IMG/VR virus record: IMGVR_UViG_3300030103_005599
DNA from: an uncultured virus (IMG/VR IMGVR_UViG_3300030103_005599)
Lineage: Duplodnaviria; Heunggongvirae; Uroviricota; Caudoviricetes
Reading direction: 5' to 3' (one strand)
DNA: 60,435 nt
This document shows positions 28,798 through 38,571 of the stretch, piece by piece (position 1 is the first letter of the stretch; each line of letters starts with the position of its first letter). A program made the translations under genes and the position numbers. The notes beneath the pieces were generated by a model. It worked only from the letters and a program-made list of their open reading frames with translations. It ran no database searches and was not told the origin of the DNA.

Positions 28798-29772
28798 ATG
28801 GCATCATTGGCTGAAATAAGAGCGAAGTTAAAAGCACAAGAAGTGAATCGCTCCACTTCCAACACAGGCGGAGACAACGCCATCTACCCACACTGGAATA
28901 TATCAGAAGGCTCAGAAGCAGTAGTTAGATTCTTACCTGACAAGGATCCAAACAATACTTTTTTCTGGACTGAAAGAAATATGATCAAGTTACCATTTAA
29001 TGGTATAAAGGGTCAAACAGATTCAAGACCGGTTACAGTACAAGTACCGTGTATGGAGATGTATGGCAAAACTTGTCCTGTACTCACTGAAGTGAGACCA
29101 TGGTTCAAAGACAAGAGCATGGAGGACATGGGTAGGAAATATTGGAAAAAGAAAAGTTACATATTCCAAGGTTTCGTAGTCAACAATCCTTTATCAGAAG
29201 ACACAACACCTGAGAATCCAATCAGAAGATTTATAATTGGACCTCAGATATTCAACATAATCAGAGGGGCACTAATGGATCCAGAGATGGAAGAAATGCC
29301 AACTGATTACGTAAAAGGTGTAGACTTCAGGATAACAAAAACCACAAAGGGTGGTTATGCTGACTACTCAACATCAAAATGGTCTAGAAGAGAACGTGCA
29401 TTAGACGAGGCAGAAAGAGCCGCGATCGAGACACACGGATTACACAATCTGAACGACTTCAGACCAAAAGAACCAACTGAAGCAGAAGTAAAAATAATCA
29501 AAGAATTATTTGAAAAATCTGTTGAAGGTGAGGCTTATGATCTAGAGCAGTATGGACAATACTTCAGACCTGCAGGCGTGGCTTACCAGGCTAAACCACA
29601 GACCCCTGTGGCAGAAACACCGGCAAGTACACCAGCACCAGCGTCTGAACCAGCACCAGTAACAGAATCTGCACCAGCACCACAACCAGCGGCGGCTACG
29701 GCTCCAGCAGGTGACAGTGCCAAAAGAGCAGAGGACATACTGAAACTGATCAGATCAAGACAAGCAAAATAA
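28798..29772 (+). CDS. Single-stranded DNA-binding protein (gp32-like)
   Basis: VRFLPD, CPV, YWKKKSY, GVDFRI.K...GGYADYSTSKW motifs; Pro/Ala linker. Confidence 0.88.
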   Translation: MASLAEIRAKLKAQEVNRSTSNTGGDNAIYPHWNISEGSEAVVRFLPDKDPNNTFFWTERNMIKLPFNGIKGQTDSRPVTVQVPCMEMYGKTCPVLTEVRPWFKDKSMEDMGRKYWKKKSYIFQGFVVNNPLSEDTTPENPIRRFIIGPQIFNIIRGALMDPEMEEMPTDYVKGVDFRITKTTKGGYADYSTSKWSRRERALDEAERAAIETHGLHNLNDFRPKEPTEAEVKIIKELFEKSVEGEAYDLEQYGQYFRPAGVAYQAKPQTPVAETPASTPAPASEPAPVTESAPAPQPAAATAPAGDSAKRAEDILKLIRSRQAK

Positions 29773-29798
29773 TCTGACATTTTACCATGGCCCTGATA

Positions 29799-29827
29799 TT
29801 GACTGTTAGGGCCATGTGTAGTAAAAT
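29799..29827 (+). promoter_or_regulatory. Sigma70-like promoter embedded in a hairpin
   Basis: TTGACT-17 nt-TAAAAT; the -35 sits in the loop of CATGGCCCTGATA/TGTTAGGGCCATG. Confidence 0.6.
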
Positions 29828-29833
29828 AAACAT

Positions 29834-29932
29834 ATGAAAAAGAAAATACAAAAGGCTGTCGAATGGATATTGTACAAACAAATACCTGCATGGGTGTTAA
29901 TAGTTGCATTACTCCTTTGGATAGTGTTATAG
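29834..29932 (+). CDS. 32-aa single-pass membrane peptide (not in the ORF track)
   Basis: MKKKIQKAVEWILYKQIPAWVLIVALLLWIVL*; ATG 6 nt after the -10 box; fills the gap before uvsX. Confidence 0.55.
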   Translation: MKKKIQKAVEWILYKQIPAWVLIVALLLWIVL

Positions 29933-29939
29933 GAAAATT

Positions 29940-30992
29940 ATGACAAAAGTTTTTGACGCAACAAAATTTAGAAAAAGTATCACAAAATCAATACAAGGAC
30001 TAGGCATAGGATTCAGTGATCCAACCGATTGGATATCGACTGGAAATTACGCATTGAATTATCTAATGACTAGCGATTTCAATAAAGGAATTCCCCTAGG
30101 CAAAGTTACAGTACTTGCCGGTGAGTCTGGTGCGGGTAAATCATACATAGCATCAGGCAACATTATTAAAAATGCACAAGATCAAGGTATATTCGTTATA
30201 CTGATTGACACAGAGAATGCATTAGATGAACAGTGGCTACAAGCATTAAAAGTTGACACATCGGAAGACAAACTAATGAAATTAAGTATGTCTATGGTTG
30301 ATGATGTAGCAAAGACTGTTTCAGAGTTTATGAAAGGTTATAAAGACCAACACGCAGACAACAAAGAAGGTGCACCTAAAGTACTATTCGTAATAGATAG
30401 TTTGGGTATGCTACTAACACCGACAGATGTTAATCAGTTTGAAGCAGGCGAGATGAAAGGTGACTTGGGTAGAAAGCCTAAGGCATTAACAGCACTTGTA
30501 AGAAACTGTGTTAATATGTTTGGAAGTTGGAACGTGGGACTTATAGCAACTAACCACACATACGCATCACAGGATATGTTCGATCCAGATGACAAGATAT
30601 CAGGTGGACAAGGATTTATCTATGCATCAAGTATTGTGGTTGCAATGAAGAAATTAAAACTAAAAGAAGACGAAAAAGGTAACAAAGTTACAGATGTAAG
30701 AGGTATCAGAGCCGCTTGTAAAGTTATGAAGACAAGGTATGCTAAACCTTTTGAAGGAGTGCAAGTAAAAATTCCATACGATACAGGCATGGATCCTTAC
30801 AGTGGACTTGTGGACTTGTTTGAGAAAAAAGGCTTACTTGTACAGCAGGGTAACAGACTAAAATATGTAGATTCTAAAGGCAAGGAACACATAGAATTTA
30901 GAAAAGCATGGGTAGGAGATAAATTAGATATGATAATGGCAGAGTTCAAAGAAACTGCAACCATTGAACCAACAGAGGAAGAAAAAGAGTAA
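29940..30992 (+). CDS. uvsX: RecA-like recombinase UvsX
   Basis: GESGAGKS Walker A, IDTENALD, VIDSLG, TNHTY and SGG.GFIYASS motifs. Confidence 0.93.
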   Translation: MTKVFDATKFRKSITKSIQGLGIGFSDPTDWISTGNYALNYLMTSDFNKGIPLGKVTVLAGESGAGKSYIASGNIIKNAQDQGIFVILIDTENALDEQWLQALKVDTSEDKLMKLSMSMVDDVAKTVSEFMKGYKDQHADNKEGAPKVLFVIDSLGMLLTPTDVNQFEAGEMKGDLGRKPKALTALVRNCVNMFGSWNVGLIATNHTYASQDMFDPDDKISGGQGFIYASSIVVAMKKLKLKEDEKGNKVTDVRGIRAACKVMKTRYAKPFEGVQVKIPYDTGMDPYSGLVDLFEKKGLLVQQGNRLKYVDSKGKEHIEFRKAWVGDKLDMIMAEFKETATIEPTEEEKE

Positions 30993-31226
30993 ATGATAGA
31001 TTTTACACACGAGGACATTGAAAGATTATGGACCTCTATAATTCACTACGTACCCGAAAGACAGAAATCAGACATGGCTATAGACTTTATAAAAAGTTTA
31101 GAAGACATAGGAATAGAGCAAGATGAAATCAAAGCATCTGCCGAATACGATCCAAAACTTGAAGAAGCAATAGCAACTGTGTTCGAAGATGAAGATGATT
31201 CAGACGGATACGGCGACGATGATTAA
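30993..31226 (+). CDS. Small acidic hypothetical protein
   Basis: 77-aa ORF between uvsX and uvsY. Confidence 0.65.
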   Translation: MIDFTHEDIERLWTSIIHYVPERQKSDMAIDFIKSLEDIGIEQDEIKASAEYDPKLEEAIATVFEDEDDSDGYGDDD

Positions 31227-31680
31227 TTGGTACAACGAAGTAAGCAGAAGTTTAGATAAAATTCCAAATTGTGTTGCATATTTTGAAGCAGAATTGCAAG
31301 AAGCAAAAAAACAATGCAAAATTTATGGCAACCTGGAGAGGGCCAGTGCCGCACTGCCAGGAATAGTTGAAGAAAGATTTGGACAACTACAACAACTTGA
31401 AGCAATATTAGAATACCTAAACATAGAACTTCGTAGACTAAGATCAAAAACTTTCAAAAAATTTTTAGAAAACTACAACAGAGCATTATCAAGCAGAGAT
31501 GCTGAAAAATATGTTGACGGAGAAGACGATGTAGTTGATTTAACAAAGATTGTAAATGACTTTGCATTAATAAGAAATCAATACTTAGGTATCACCAAAG
31601 GACTGGATCAGAAACAATGGCAAATCACAAACATTGTAAAACTGAGAGTAGCAGGAATGGAAGATGCCGATATCAAATAA
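31219..31680 (+). CDS. uvsY: Recombination mediator UvsY-like
   Basis: Helical protein with KYVDGE and KGLDQKQWQITNIVKLR motifs, downstream of uvsX. Confidence 0.7.
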   Translation: MINWYNEVSRSLDKIPNCVAYFEAELQEAKKQCKIYGNLERASAALPGIVEERFGQLQQLEAILEYLNIELRRLRSKTFKKFLENYNRALSSRDAEKYVDGEDDVVDLTKIVNDFALIRNQYLGITKGLDQKQWQITNIVKLRVAGMEDADIK

Positions 31681-32293
31681 TCGAATAATACTAACAGACG
31701 TTGACGGGGTCCTATTGGAATGGGAACACCATTTCACCAAATGGATGCTACAAAGGACTTTGTTTGACGAAAGAGGTGCAAGGTATCATCCGTATAGACT
31801 TTTACCAAACAAAGAAAACACGTACGAAATGGCAGAACGTTTTGGATTGACAAAAACAGAAATAAGAAAAGAAATCAGAGAGTTTAATAGAAGTGCATGG
31901 ATGGGCACACAACGACCTATGATGGAATCTCAAACATGGGTAAAGTTGTTAGCGGCTGAGGGTTGGACTTTTATTCCTATCACATCGCAAACTTCTGATA
32001 TCCCAGCACAAGAATTACGTAAGAAAAGATTAGGAGAATTATTTGGAGATCACGTTTTTACAAACTATCATATACTAGGCACTGGTGCAGACAAAGATTC
32101 AGCATTGGCAGAGTTTCATAACACCGGACTATACTGGGTAGAGGACAAGCCTCACAATGCATTAGCCGGGCTCAAATACGGTTTAAAACCTATAATAATA
32201 GATCATCCATATAATCAAGATTTCAACCATCCCGATATTATCCGTGTAAGTAATTGGCAAGACATACACAAATTAGTATCAGGAAGAAAATGA
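31664..32293 (+). CDS. HAD-family 5'(3')-deoxyribonucleotidase-like phosphatase
   Basis: DVDGVL motif I, ITS, WVEDK.HN and HPYN motifs. Confidence 0.8.
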   Translation: MPISNNRIILTDVDGVLLEWEHHFTKWMLQRTLFDERGARYHPYRLLPNKENTYEMAERFGLTKTEIRKEIREFNRSAWMGTQRPMMESQTWVKLLAAEGWTFIPITSQTSDIPAQELRKKRLGELFGDHVFTNYHILGTGADKDSALAEFHNTGLYWVEDKPHNALAGLKYGLKPIIIDHPYNQDFNHPDIIRVSNWQDIHKLVSGRK

Positions 32294-32964
32294 AAATATA
32301 CGTAGGTTGGGATTCAAGGGAAGACATAGCATACCAAGTATGCGAACACAGTATCAAGCGTAGAGACCCGTCAGCAGAAGTTGTACCACTTAAACAAAAC
32401 GACATGAGAGCTCAAGGAATTTACACACGTGAAAAGGATAAACTTGCATCAACAGAATTTACATTTACAAGATTTTTTGTCCCTTACCTAAACGATTTCA
32501 AAGGATGGGCAGTGTTCTGTGACTGTGATTTCCTATGGAAAGTTCCGAGCCATATGCTTACCAAGTATATGGATCCTAGTAAAGCAGTAGTTTGCGTACA
32601 GCATGACTATACACCAAAAGAAACAACCAAAATGGATGGACAAGTGCAAACCGTGTATCCTAGAAAAAACTGGTCAAGCATGGTCCTTTGGAATTGCGAA
32701 CACGAAAAAAATAAAATGCTTACACCAGAATTTCTTAACCAACAGACGCCAAAATTCTTACATAGATTTAGTTGGCTTGAAGACTCGGAAATTGGTGATT
32801 TACCTCACAACTTCAATTGGCTAGTTGGTTGGTACAGAGAACCAGAAGACGGCTCGCCCAAGATATTACACTATACCGAAGGCGGACCATGGTTTGATGG
32901 ATACAGAAATTGTGAGTACTCGGATGATTGGAAAAAAGAAGCAATCAATTTATTCAGTGCATAA
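32290..32964 (+). CDS. GT-A glycosyltransferase (GT8-like)
   Basis: IYVGWDSRE, STEFTFTRF, FCDCDFL (DxD), YPRKNWSS and LHYTEGGPWF motifs. Confidence 0.8.
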   Translation: MKIYVGWDSREDIAYQVCEHSIKRRDPSAEVVPLKQNDMRAQGIYTREKDKLASTEFTFTRFFVPYLNDFKGWAVFCDCDFLWKVPSHMLTKYMDPSKAVVCVQHDYTPKETTKMDGQVQTVYPRKNWSSMVLWNCEHEKNKMLTPEFLNQQTPKFLHRFSWLEDSEIGDLPHNFNWLVGWYREPEDGSPKILHYTEGGPWFDGYRNCEYSDDWKKEAINLFSA

Positions 32965-33398
32965 TGGACTGGCATAAACTAAAAGACAAACATATCCACA
33001 ACGACCCCGTTCCGCATATTCATGTTATTAACTTGATAGAAGAAAAGGAATACGATAAGTTATACGAAAATCAAAACGACCTAGACCACCAATTGTGGCA
33101 GGACTTTGACGAGAAATATAAAATAGGTTTTGAATTTAAAGAAGATATTTCCGAAATAGATTTAAAAAGAGATATCATTGCAATATGGTGCTTTAGGGAA
33201 AGGAACGATAGAACTAGGCCACCGCATATAATACTTGGCGGTAAAAAAATTGCATACTATCCAAATGCAATTATTATAACAAGTAGTAATGACATAATAA
33301 TTGATGATTCTAAAGTAAAAAAATATATTAGAAGACCTTTTATACAACTAGACATAAACAAGAAAAAATTTAACGAACTAATGGCGAGTAAAAAATGA
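32964..33398 (+). CDS. Hypothetical protein, possibly a degenerate paralogue of the downstream oxygenase
   Basis: N-terminal DPVPHIHVINLI..EYDKL parallels EPWPHQILTDTF..TFEKL of the next gene. Confidence 0.5.
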   Translation: MDWHKLKDKHIHNDPVPHIHVINLIEEKEYDKLYENQNDLDHQLWQDFDEKYKIGFEFKEDISEIDLKRDIIAIWCFRERNDRTRPPHIILGGKKIAYYPNAIIITSSNDIIIDDSKVKKYIRRPFIQLDINKKKFNELMASKK

Positions 33399-34009
33399 GT
33401 GTTGGACAAAGATTCTTGGATAAGTGTTTAAACACAGAAGTCAATTTAGAACCATGGCCTCATCAAATACTGACCGATACTTTTGACGAAAATACTTTTG
33501 AAAAACTCACAGATGTTTGCTTAACAAAATTATCGCATATTACAACAGACAAGTTGATACAGATACATCCAAAGGACTACAAGGACTATGGTATAGATTT
33601 TTATGCTGAAACTGTGGACATATGTGAAAAATTATTTCAAAATATTAAAGAGGTGCATGATGTATATCCGGCCTATAGAAAATATCCAACGCTCGGTATA
33701 AACGCACACATCAACATTACACCACCTTTGCCTTATAAATTTTATATCCATCAAGAAGGTTTAGAGAAAACCTGGAGTTCAGTAACGTATATCTCACCTA
33801 AACAAAATGTTGGAACTAAAATGTATACTGCACAATCCGAAGATGCTTTCACTAAAGAAGCAGAATGGAAACCTAATTCAACATTTATTTTTTGTGGACA
33901 ACAAAATAAAACATGGCATTCCTATGAGAGCAACCAAACTACAAATAGAATTACTTTTAATCTATTCATTATGAAGCCTAGATCGGATAAGTGCTTTTAT
34001 CCTTTGTAA
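33395..34009 (+). CDS. 2OG-Fe(II) oxygenase-like protein
   Basis: HQE (HxD/E), K.WSSVTY, GTKMY, TWHSY and RITFN jelly-roll motifs. Confidence 0.7.
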   Translation: MSVGQRFLDKCLNTEVNLEPWPHQILTDTFDENTFEKLTDVCLTKLSHITTDKLIQIHPKDYKDYGIDFYAETVDICEKLFQNIKEVHDVYPAYRKYPTLGINAHINITPPLPYKFYIHQEGLEKTWSSVTYISPKQNVGTKMYTAQSEDAFTKEAEWKPNSTFIFCGQQNKTWHSYESNQTTNRITFNLFIMKPRSDKCFYPL

Positions 34010-34743
34010 TCCTTTATGAATTTTTGTAGTGCCTCAACATCGGCTGTTAGATAACGATCTCTTGTTCTTTTCCATACATCAAGATCTCGTTCAATGATAT
34101 TCATCTCTTTTCTTATTCTCTTCCCGGTATGATCGTCGATCATTTTCTTTGATTGAATCTGCACATGGGGAAGTACATATGCCCTTCCTAATCTTACTGC
34201 TAATTTTGTTAACCAATTATCTATATGCCAATGCCAAAACTGTGGAGGCAAGAAATATCCAACTGTATTAATCCAGTTTTTATGCAACACAAAGTGAGCG
34301 GCGCCTATCGGGGAAGGATGTGTTTCTATCTTGTATGGCTTATCTGTGGGTACCTTATTTTTGATCCATCTTCTTTTGTCACTGCCTGTCATATCTCTTG
34401 GACACACATACAAAATTTTATCTTTATATTCATAATTTTCAAAAAAATCAATTATGTGTTGATCCCAGTTTGTAGTTAAAAATTGTGCATCATCACCGAC
34501 TAGCATACAATAATCATGCCTGGCAAGTGTAGACAAGTAGTTCCAACTGAAACAACTGCTTTGGTCCGGACCGATTATATAAACATTTTCAGGAAGTAAT
34601 TGTTTGTATTTTTCAATTGTCGGATCGTTGTCATTTAGATAAAACTTGACTTCTACATCTGTTTTTTTCGTACCATTGATAGTATCAAGCAGACGTTTTG
34701 CCAGTTCTGGCCTATGACGTGAAGGAACTAATACAGAGATCAT
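33997..34743 (-). CDS. GT2-like glycosyltransferase
   Basis: ISVLVPSR.R N-terminus, LVGDD motif and HWHIDNWL. Confidence 0.72.
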   Translation of the reverse strand: MISVLVPSRHRPELAKRLLDTINGTKKTDVEVKFYLNDNDPTIEKYKQLLPENVYIIGPDQSSCFSWNYLSTLARHDYCMLVGDDAQFLTTNWDQHIIDFFENYEYKDKILYVCPRDMTGSDKRRWIKNKVPTDKPYKIETHPSPIGAAHFVLHKNWINTVGYFLPPQFWHWHIDNWLTKLAVRLGRAYVLPHVQIQSKKMIDDHTGKRIRKEMNIIERDLDVWKRTRDRYLTADVEALQKFIKDYKG

Positions 34744-35927
34744 ATTAATTCCGCAGTTGGAAAGTATCGTATAAACTTGTCGTTCTTACTATTCCTTACT
34801 GCCTTAATTCTTAATTTTATTTCATCAAAAAAGTTCCAGGCCAATGGGACAAATGTAATAGCGTCGTCATCTGAAATTGTTGTTAAACTATCTATAGATT
34901 TTATAGGAATATGTTGGCCAGGAGTAAATTTGCCTTGTTTTAATTTGTTGTCATCTATTATAAAATCCAAGGGCCTATCTATAAAATTAAGAAATGTATT
35001 GCCTTTTGCGGCCGCACCATAGCCTATCAAATGTGTGCCTTTTCTTTCTCCAAGCAAATTTAAGTAATCCTCTTTTACTTTTAGTATATTTTTGGCCCAT
35101 GCATGATAGTTTGCCATAGAGTTAATAGAACTTTCGTCATGCAAAAATTGTTCTAACGTTTCGTTATTTTTATTATTCGATATAACAAAAATATAACTGA
35201 CACCGTGTATAGGATTTTTAATAATATCCGTAATTTGAAGTCCTACTGACTCTACCAATGTACTCATGCTTTTAGCACAATAAAAGTTTATGTGTTCATG
35301 ATAGATTGTATCAAACTCATTATTTTTAACCATGTCTGCCTGACTAGTCTGTATAAAAATAAATCCGTCGTCGTGTAAAATTTTTTTGATGTTTTCTAAG
35401 AATGCTCTTGGATTTGGTTGATGAGCAAAACTATTCTGCATCACTACCATATCGAATTTGGTTCCAAAATCTATTTTATCGCTAAAATAATCATTAATCA
35501 CTTTGTGATTTGACTTTGAATACTCATAAAGATTTTTTGCTGGATCTATTCCGTATGTTTCTACACCTTTATCTTTAAAGATGTCCAGTTGTGTCCCGTC
35601 ATTACACCCAATATCTAAAACGTTTTTACATGCTTTAGAATAATATTTCAATGCTGTATCCGAGAACCAATCCATGTATTTCTTATAAGTGTCCGTGGTA
35701 CCACTTCTATACAAATATGTTTCGTACATTAATGGCAAACTTACAGCATGTGATAGTTGTAAATGGGAACATTTTTCACACGCATTAACTTTAAGGGGGA
35801 AAGTTTTTTCTTCTTGTACACTATCTAAAAAGCCATTTGCCAGGGGTTGATCTCCTAAATCAACAACATGTGACACTGTGTTATCGCACACTACACAATT
35901 TTTAAGAGTTACGCAACCATCTATCAT
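34740..35927 (-). CDS. NDP-hexose C-methyltransferase
   Basis: Zn-binding CVVC...LGDQPLAN...CEKC, SAM motif LDIGCNDG, DTIYHEH, GYGAAAKGNT and LAWNFF.EI. Confidence 0.88.
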   Translation of the reverse strand: MIDGCVTLKNCVVCDNTVSHVVDLGDQPLANGFLDSVQEEKTFPLKVNACEKCSHLQLSHAVSLPLMYETYLYRSGTTDTYKKYMDWFSDTALKYYSKACKNVLDIGCNDGTQLDIFKDKGVETYGIDPAKNLYEYSKSNHKVINDYFSDKIDFGTKFDMVVMQNSFAHQPNPRAFLENIKKILHDDGFIFIQTSQADMVKNNEFDTIYHEHINFYCAKSMSTLVESVGLQITDIIKNPIHGVSYIFVISNNKNNETLEQFLHDESSINSMANYHAWAKNILKVKEDYLNLLGERKGTHLIGYGAAAKGNTFLNFIDRPLDFIIDDNKLKQGKFTPGQHIPIKSIDSLTTISDDDAITFVPLAWNFFDEIKLRIKAVRNSKNDKFIRYFPTAELI

Positions 35928-36927
35928 TTGCCAATGTCCAATCTACAGTTTCTTTAATTCTTTCCGACAACTTAATTCTAGGTTCCCAACCCAACTGTTT
36001 TAACAAATCTCCACTTAATGCATAGCGTAAGTCATGTCCTGGCCTCGATGTATGGAAATCAACCATTTCGTAATTTAATGGTTTGCCTACGGAATCTGAA
36101 ATCATTTGTGCTAGTTTAAGATTATCTATTTCCTCGGTGCCAACTAAATTGAACTTTGGACATTTTGCCCAGCCAAAATCTCCTTTGTGTGTGTAATTTT
36201 CTAAATTCAAAATGAACATCAAGCCTTCTGCTACATCACTTGCGTGAATATACATTCTCGAACCTGCTTGGGTTTTGCTAGAGTCTGCATGTATTGTAAC
36301 TTTATCTCCGTCTCTTACTCTCTGAATGGTACCGGGAATAAACTTTTCTGGATGTTGCCTTTGGCCAAACACATTCATAGTATGGGTTATGTATATTGGC
36401 ATTTTATAGGTATTTTCATATGCTACACAAAATTCCTCAGCCGCGGCCTTACTTGCACTATAAGGGTTTGTCGAATTGTACCTATCATATTCCTTATAAG
36501 ATACTCCGGGAGGTGCAACACCAAAAATTTCATCAGTGCTGAAGTAAACAAATTTTTTCAGACTTGGTAATTGTTTCGCCCAATTTAATAAATTGACAGT
36601 GCCAATCACATTATCCTGAACAAACTCCATAGGATGTGTAATAGACCTATCTACATGACTTCCTGCCGCCAAGTGTAGCACAATATCAATTTCGCCTATG
36701 TCTGCACGTATTTGGCTGTTTAAAGCCGCCTTTAGATCGTGAAATACTGTTCTATGTCTTCTACGATTTTCAGGTGTATGCTCTTTTAAAATGTCATGCA
36801 GGCGATTTAAATTACCAGACTCATCTAATCTGTCCAATGTGGTAATATGCCAATCGGTAGTTTTTAAAATATGATCTATGACGTGGTGTGCAATAAAACC
36901 AGCACCGCCTGTAATTAAAACTTTCAT
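35902..36927 (-). CDS. rmlB: dTDP-glucose 4,6-dehydratase-like
   Basis: TGGAGFI, HLAAGSHVDRSI, STDE, PYSASKA, HPEKFIP and RPGHDLRY motifs. Confidence 0.88.
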   Translation of the reverse strand: MKVLITGGAGFIAHHVIDHILKTTDWHITTLDRLDESGNLNRLHDILKEHTPENRRRHRTVFHDLKAALNSQIRADIGEIDIVLHLAAGSHVDRSITHPMEFVQDNVIGTVNLLNWAKQLPSLKKFVYFSTDEIFGVAPPGVSYKEYDRYNSTNPYSASKAAAEEFCVAYENTYKMPIYITHTMNVFGQRQHPEKFIPGTIQRVRDGDKVTIHADSSKTQAGSRMYIHASDVAEGLMFILNLENYTHKGDFGWAKCPKFNLVGTEEIDNLKLAQMISDSVGKPLNYEMVDFHTSRPGHDLRYALSGDLLKQLGWEPRIKLSERIKETVDWTLANDRWLRNS

Positions 36928-36946
36928 GTGCGGTATTTAATTTAGG

Positions 36947-37573
36947 TTAGGCACGGTGGAAAACTTTATCTGGCCAATGGCTCATCAAAACTTTAAACCC
37001 CAAAGTTTCCAAAAATTTTTCTATCGCCATGTTGTTGCTTCCATACTTCTTTGTATTGTTGTTCAGTTCGATCATTAGGTACTTTGTATTTTTTAATGTT
37101 TCACTAGCACCTTTCAATACTTCCATTTCGTACCCTTCAACATCTATCTTTATAAGATCTATATCATCCATTCCGAGGCTATCAACGGATATCATAGGTA
37201 TTGCTCCTTCGCCGATTACCCTTTTACTTTGAGTAAAATTGTCTTCCGAAAGCGATACCATTTTGTCCTCTTGCCCTACTGCCAACTGATGTGTCTCAAC
37301 GTCTTCTGGTACATTTTTAACCAAACACTCATAATGCAAAGCATCCGGTTCGAAGGCCACAACCCTGCCACAATATTTGTTCATCGCCATGCTCCATGTT
37401 CCGACCCATGCACCTATATCTAATATATGATTAAATTTTTTATTATTGTTCTCACAATAGTCTATGAATTTTTGCAAACATTTATTTTGGGTAAAAGGCT
37501 GTCCTGCCTTCCAATCTTCTATGTGTATATCGTTTGCTGGCACAAAGAATCCGTTTACTTTCTCTATTTTCAT
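36947..37573 (-). CDS. FkbM-family methyltransferase
   Basis: LDIGAWVG, AFEP and IKIDVEGYE..VLKGA motifs. Confidence 0.87.
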   Translation of the reverse strand: MKIEKVNGFFVPANDIHIEDWKAGQPFTQNKCLQKFIDYCENNNKKFNHILDIGAWVGTWSMAMNKYCGRVVAFEPDALHYECLVKNVPEDVETHQLAVGQEDKMVSLSEDNFTQSKRVIGEGAIPMISVDSLGMDDIDLIKIDVEGYEMEVLKGASETLKNTKYLMIELNNNTKKYGSNNMAIEKFLETLGFKVLMSHWPDKVFHRA

Positions 37574-38571
37574 AACTTTTTTATCCTAAGTGCGACACCG
37601 TTCTGTCTTTTGTGTAACTTGTCTTGCATTGGTTGTGTCCAGTGTCCTATAAACTTGCCCCTTGAACACGTGTTGCATATCAAATCCTTCTTTGCTTCAT
37701 TATACTCTGTTGCGTATATAATGTCATGTTCTTTTTGTAGGTTTTGCCATACAGTTTCTATACCCAGTTCAAACACATTTCCATAGTTAGTTTTTCCTTC
37801 AGCATCATCACAACACAAAACCGCTTGTCCATCGACTAAAATTTCCATTTGTCTTAAAATACGTCCACCGCCCATTGCACATCCTTGCATATAATTATTT
37901 TCATTAATCACCACATTGTAAGGTTTGGTCCAACTGCCGTCGCCGTCTCCCATTCTATTTTCAACCCAATTAGTTTTGCTTTTTACTTTACCAAGTATTG
38001 CGGAACTATATTCCTGTATAACGCTCTGTGGTGCGTTCTTACTCTGATCCTTATGCTTAATACCAATACGGATCCTACGTGACAAAGCCGGATAGTTTTC
38101 TTTCACAAAACGCAGACCATCCAAAGTTTTTTGTTTTTTGACTTTCATAAACTCCCAAAGTTCTTCTGCTGTGTGTCCTATTACGCTCATGTGTATGGGT
38201 CCAATCACATGTTCATATCTATTAAGTATTTCGCATTGTTTTTTAGTAAAAGACACACCGTTGGTGGTTATTCCAACATGTATTTTGTGCTCATCACAAA
38301 GATGAAGAATGTATTCTAAATCAGGCTGTACTAATGGATCGGAGTACCTCCATGGATTGATACCACACGAATAATCTTTCATTCCATATTTTTTAATCAA
38401 TGAACCATAATCATCTAATAGTAATTTCAACTGTTCTCGAGTCATACGCTTTCCGTGATATGTTTTGTCTTCACTCAATGTTGTGTAAGGACAGCAAAAA
38501 CATTTTGCATTACAAAGATTAATAGGCTCGAATGCTATGAATGTTGGCATGGGTATCTTTGCGTACTTCAT
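37570..38571 (-). CDS. Radical SAM enzyme with SPASM/Twitch-like C-terminus
   Basis: CNAKCFCC (CxxxCxxC), TTNG, C-terminal C...LCCDD...GNV...CNTC. Confidence 0.85.
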   Translation of the reverse strand: MKYAKIPMPTFIAFEPINLCNAKCFCCPYTTLSEDKTYHGKRMTREQLKLLLDDYGSLIKKYGMKDYSCGINPWRYSDPLVQPDLEYILHLCDEHKIHVGITTNGVSFTKKQCEILNRYEHVIGPIHMSVIGHTAEELWEFMKVKKQKTLDGLRFVKENYPALSRRIRIGIKHKDQSKNAPQSVIQEYSSAILGKVKSKTNWVENRMGDGDGSWTKPYNVVINENNYMQGCAMGGGRILRQMEILVDGQAVLCCDDAEGKTNYGNVFELGIETVWQNLQKEHDIIYATEYNEAKKDLICNTCSRGKFIGHWTQPMQDKLHKRQNGVALRIKKL

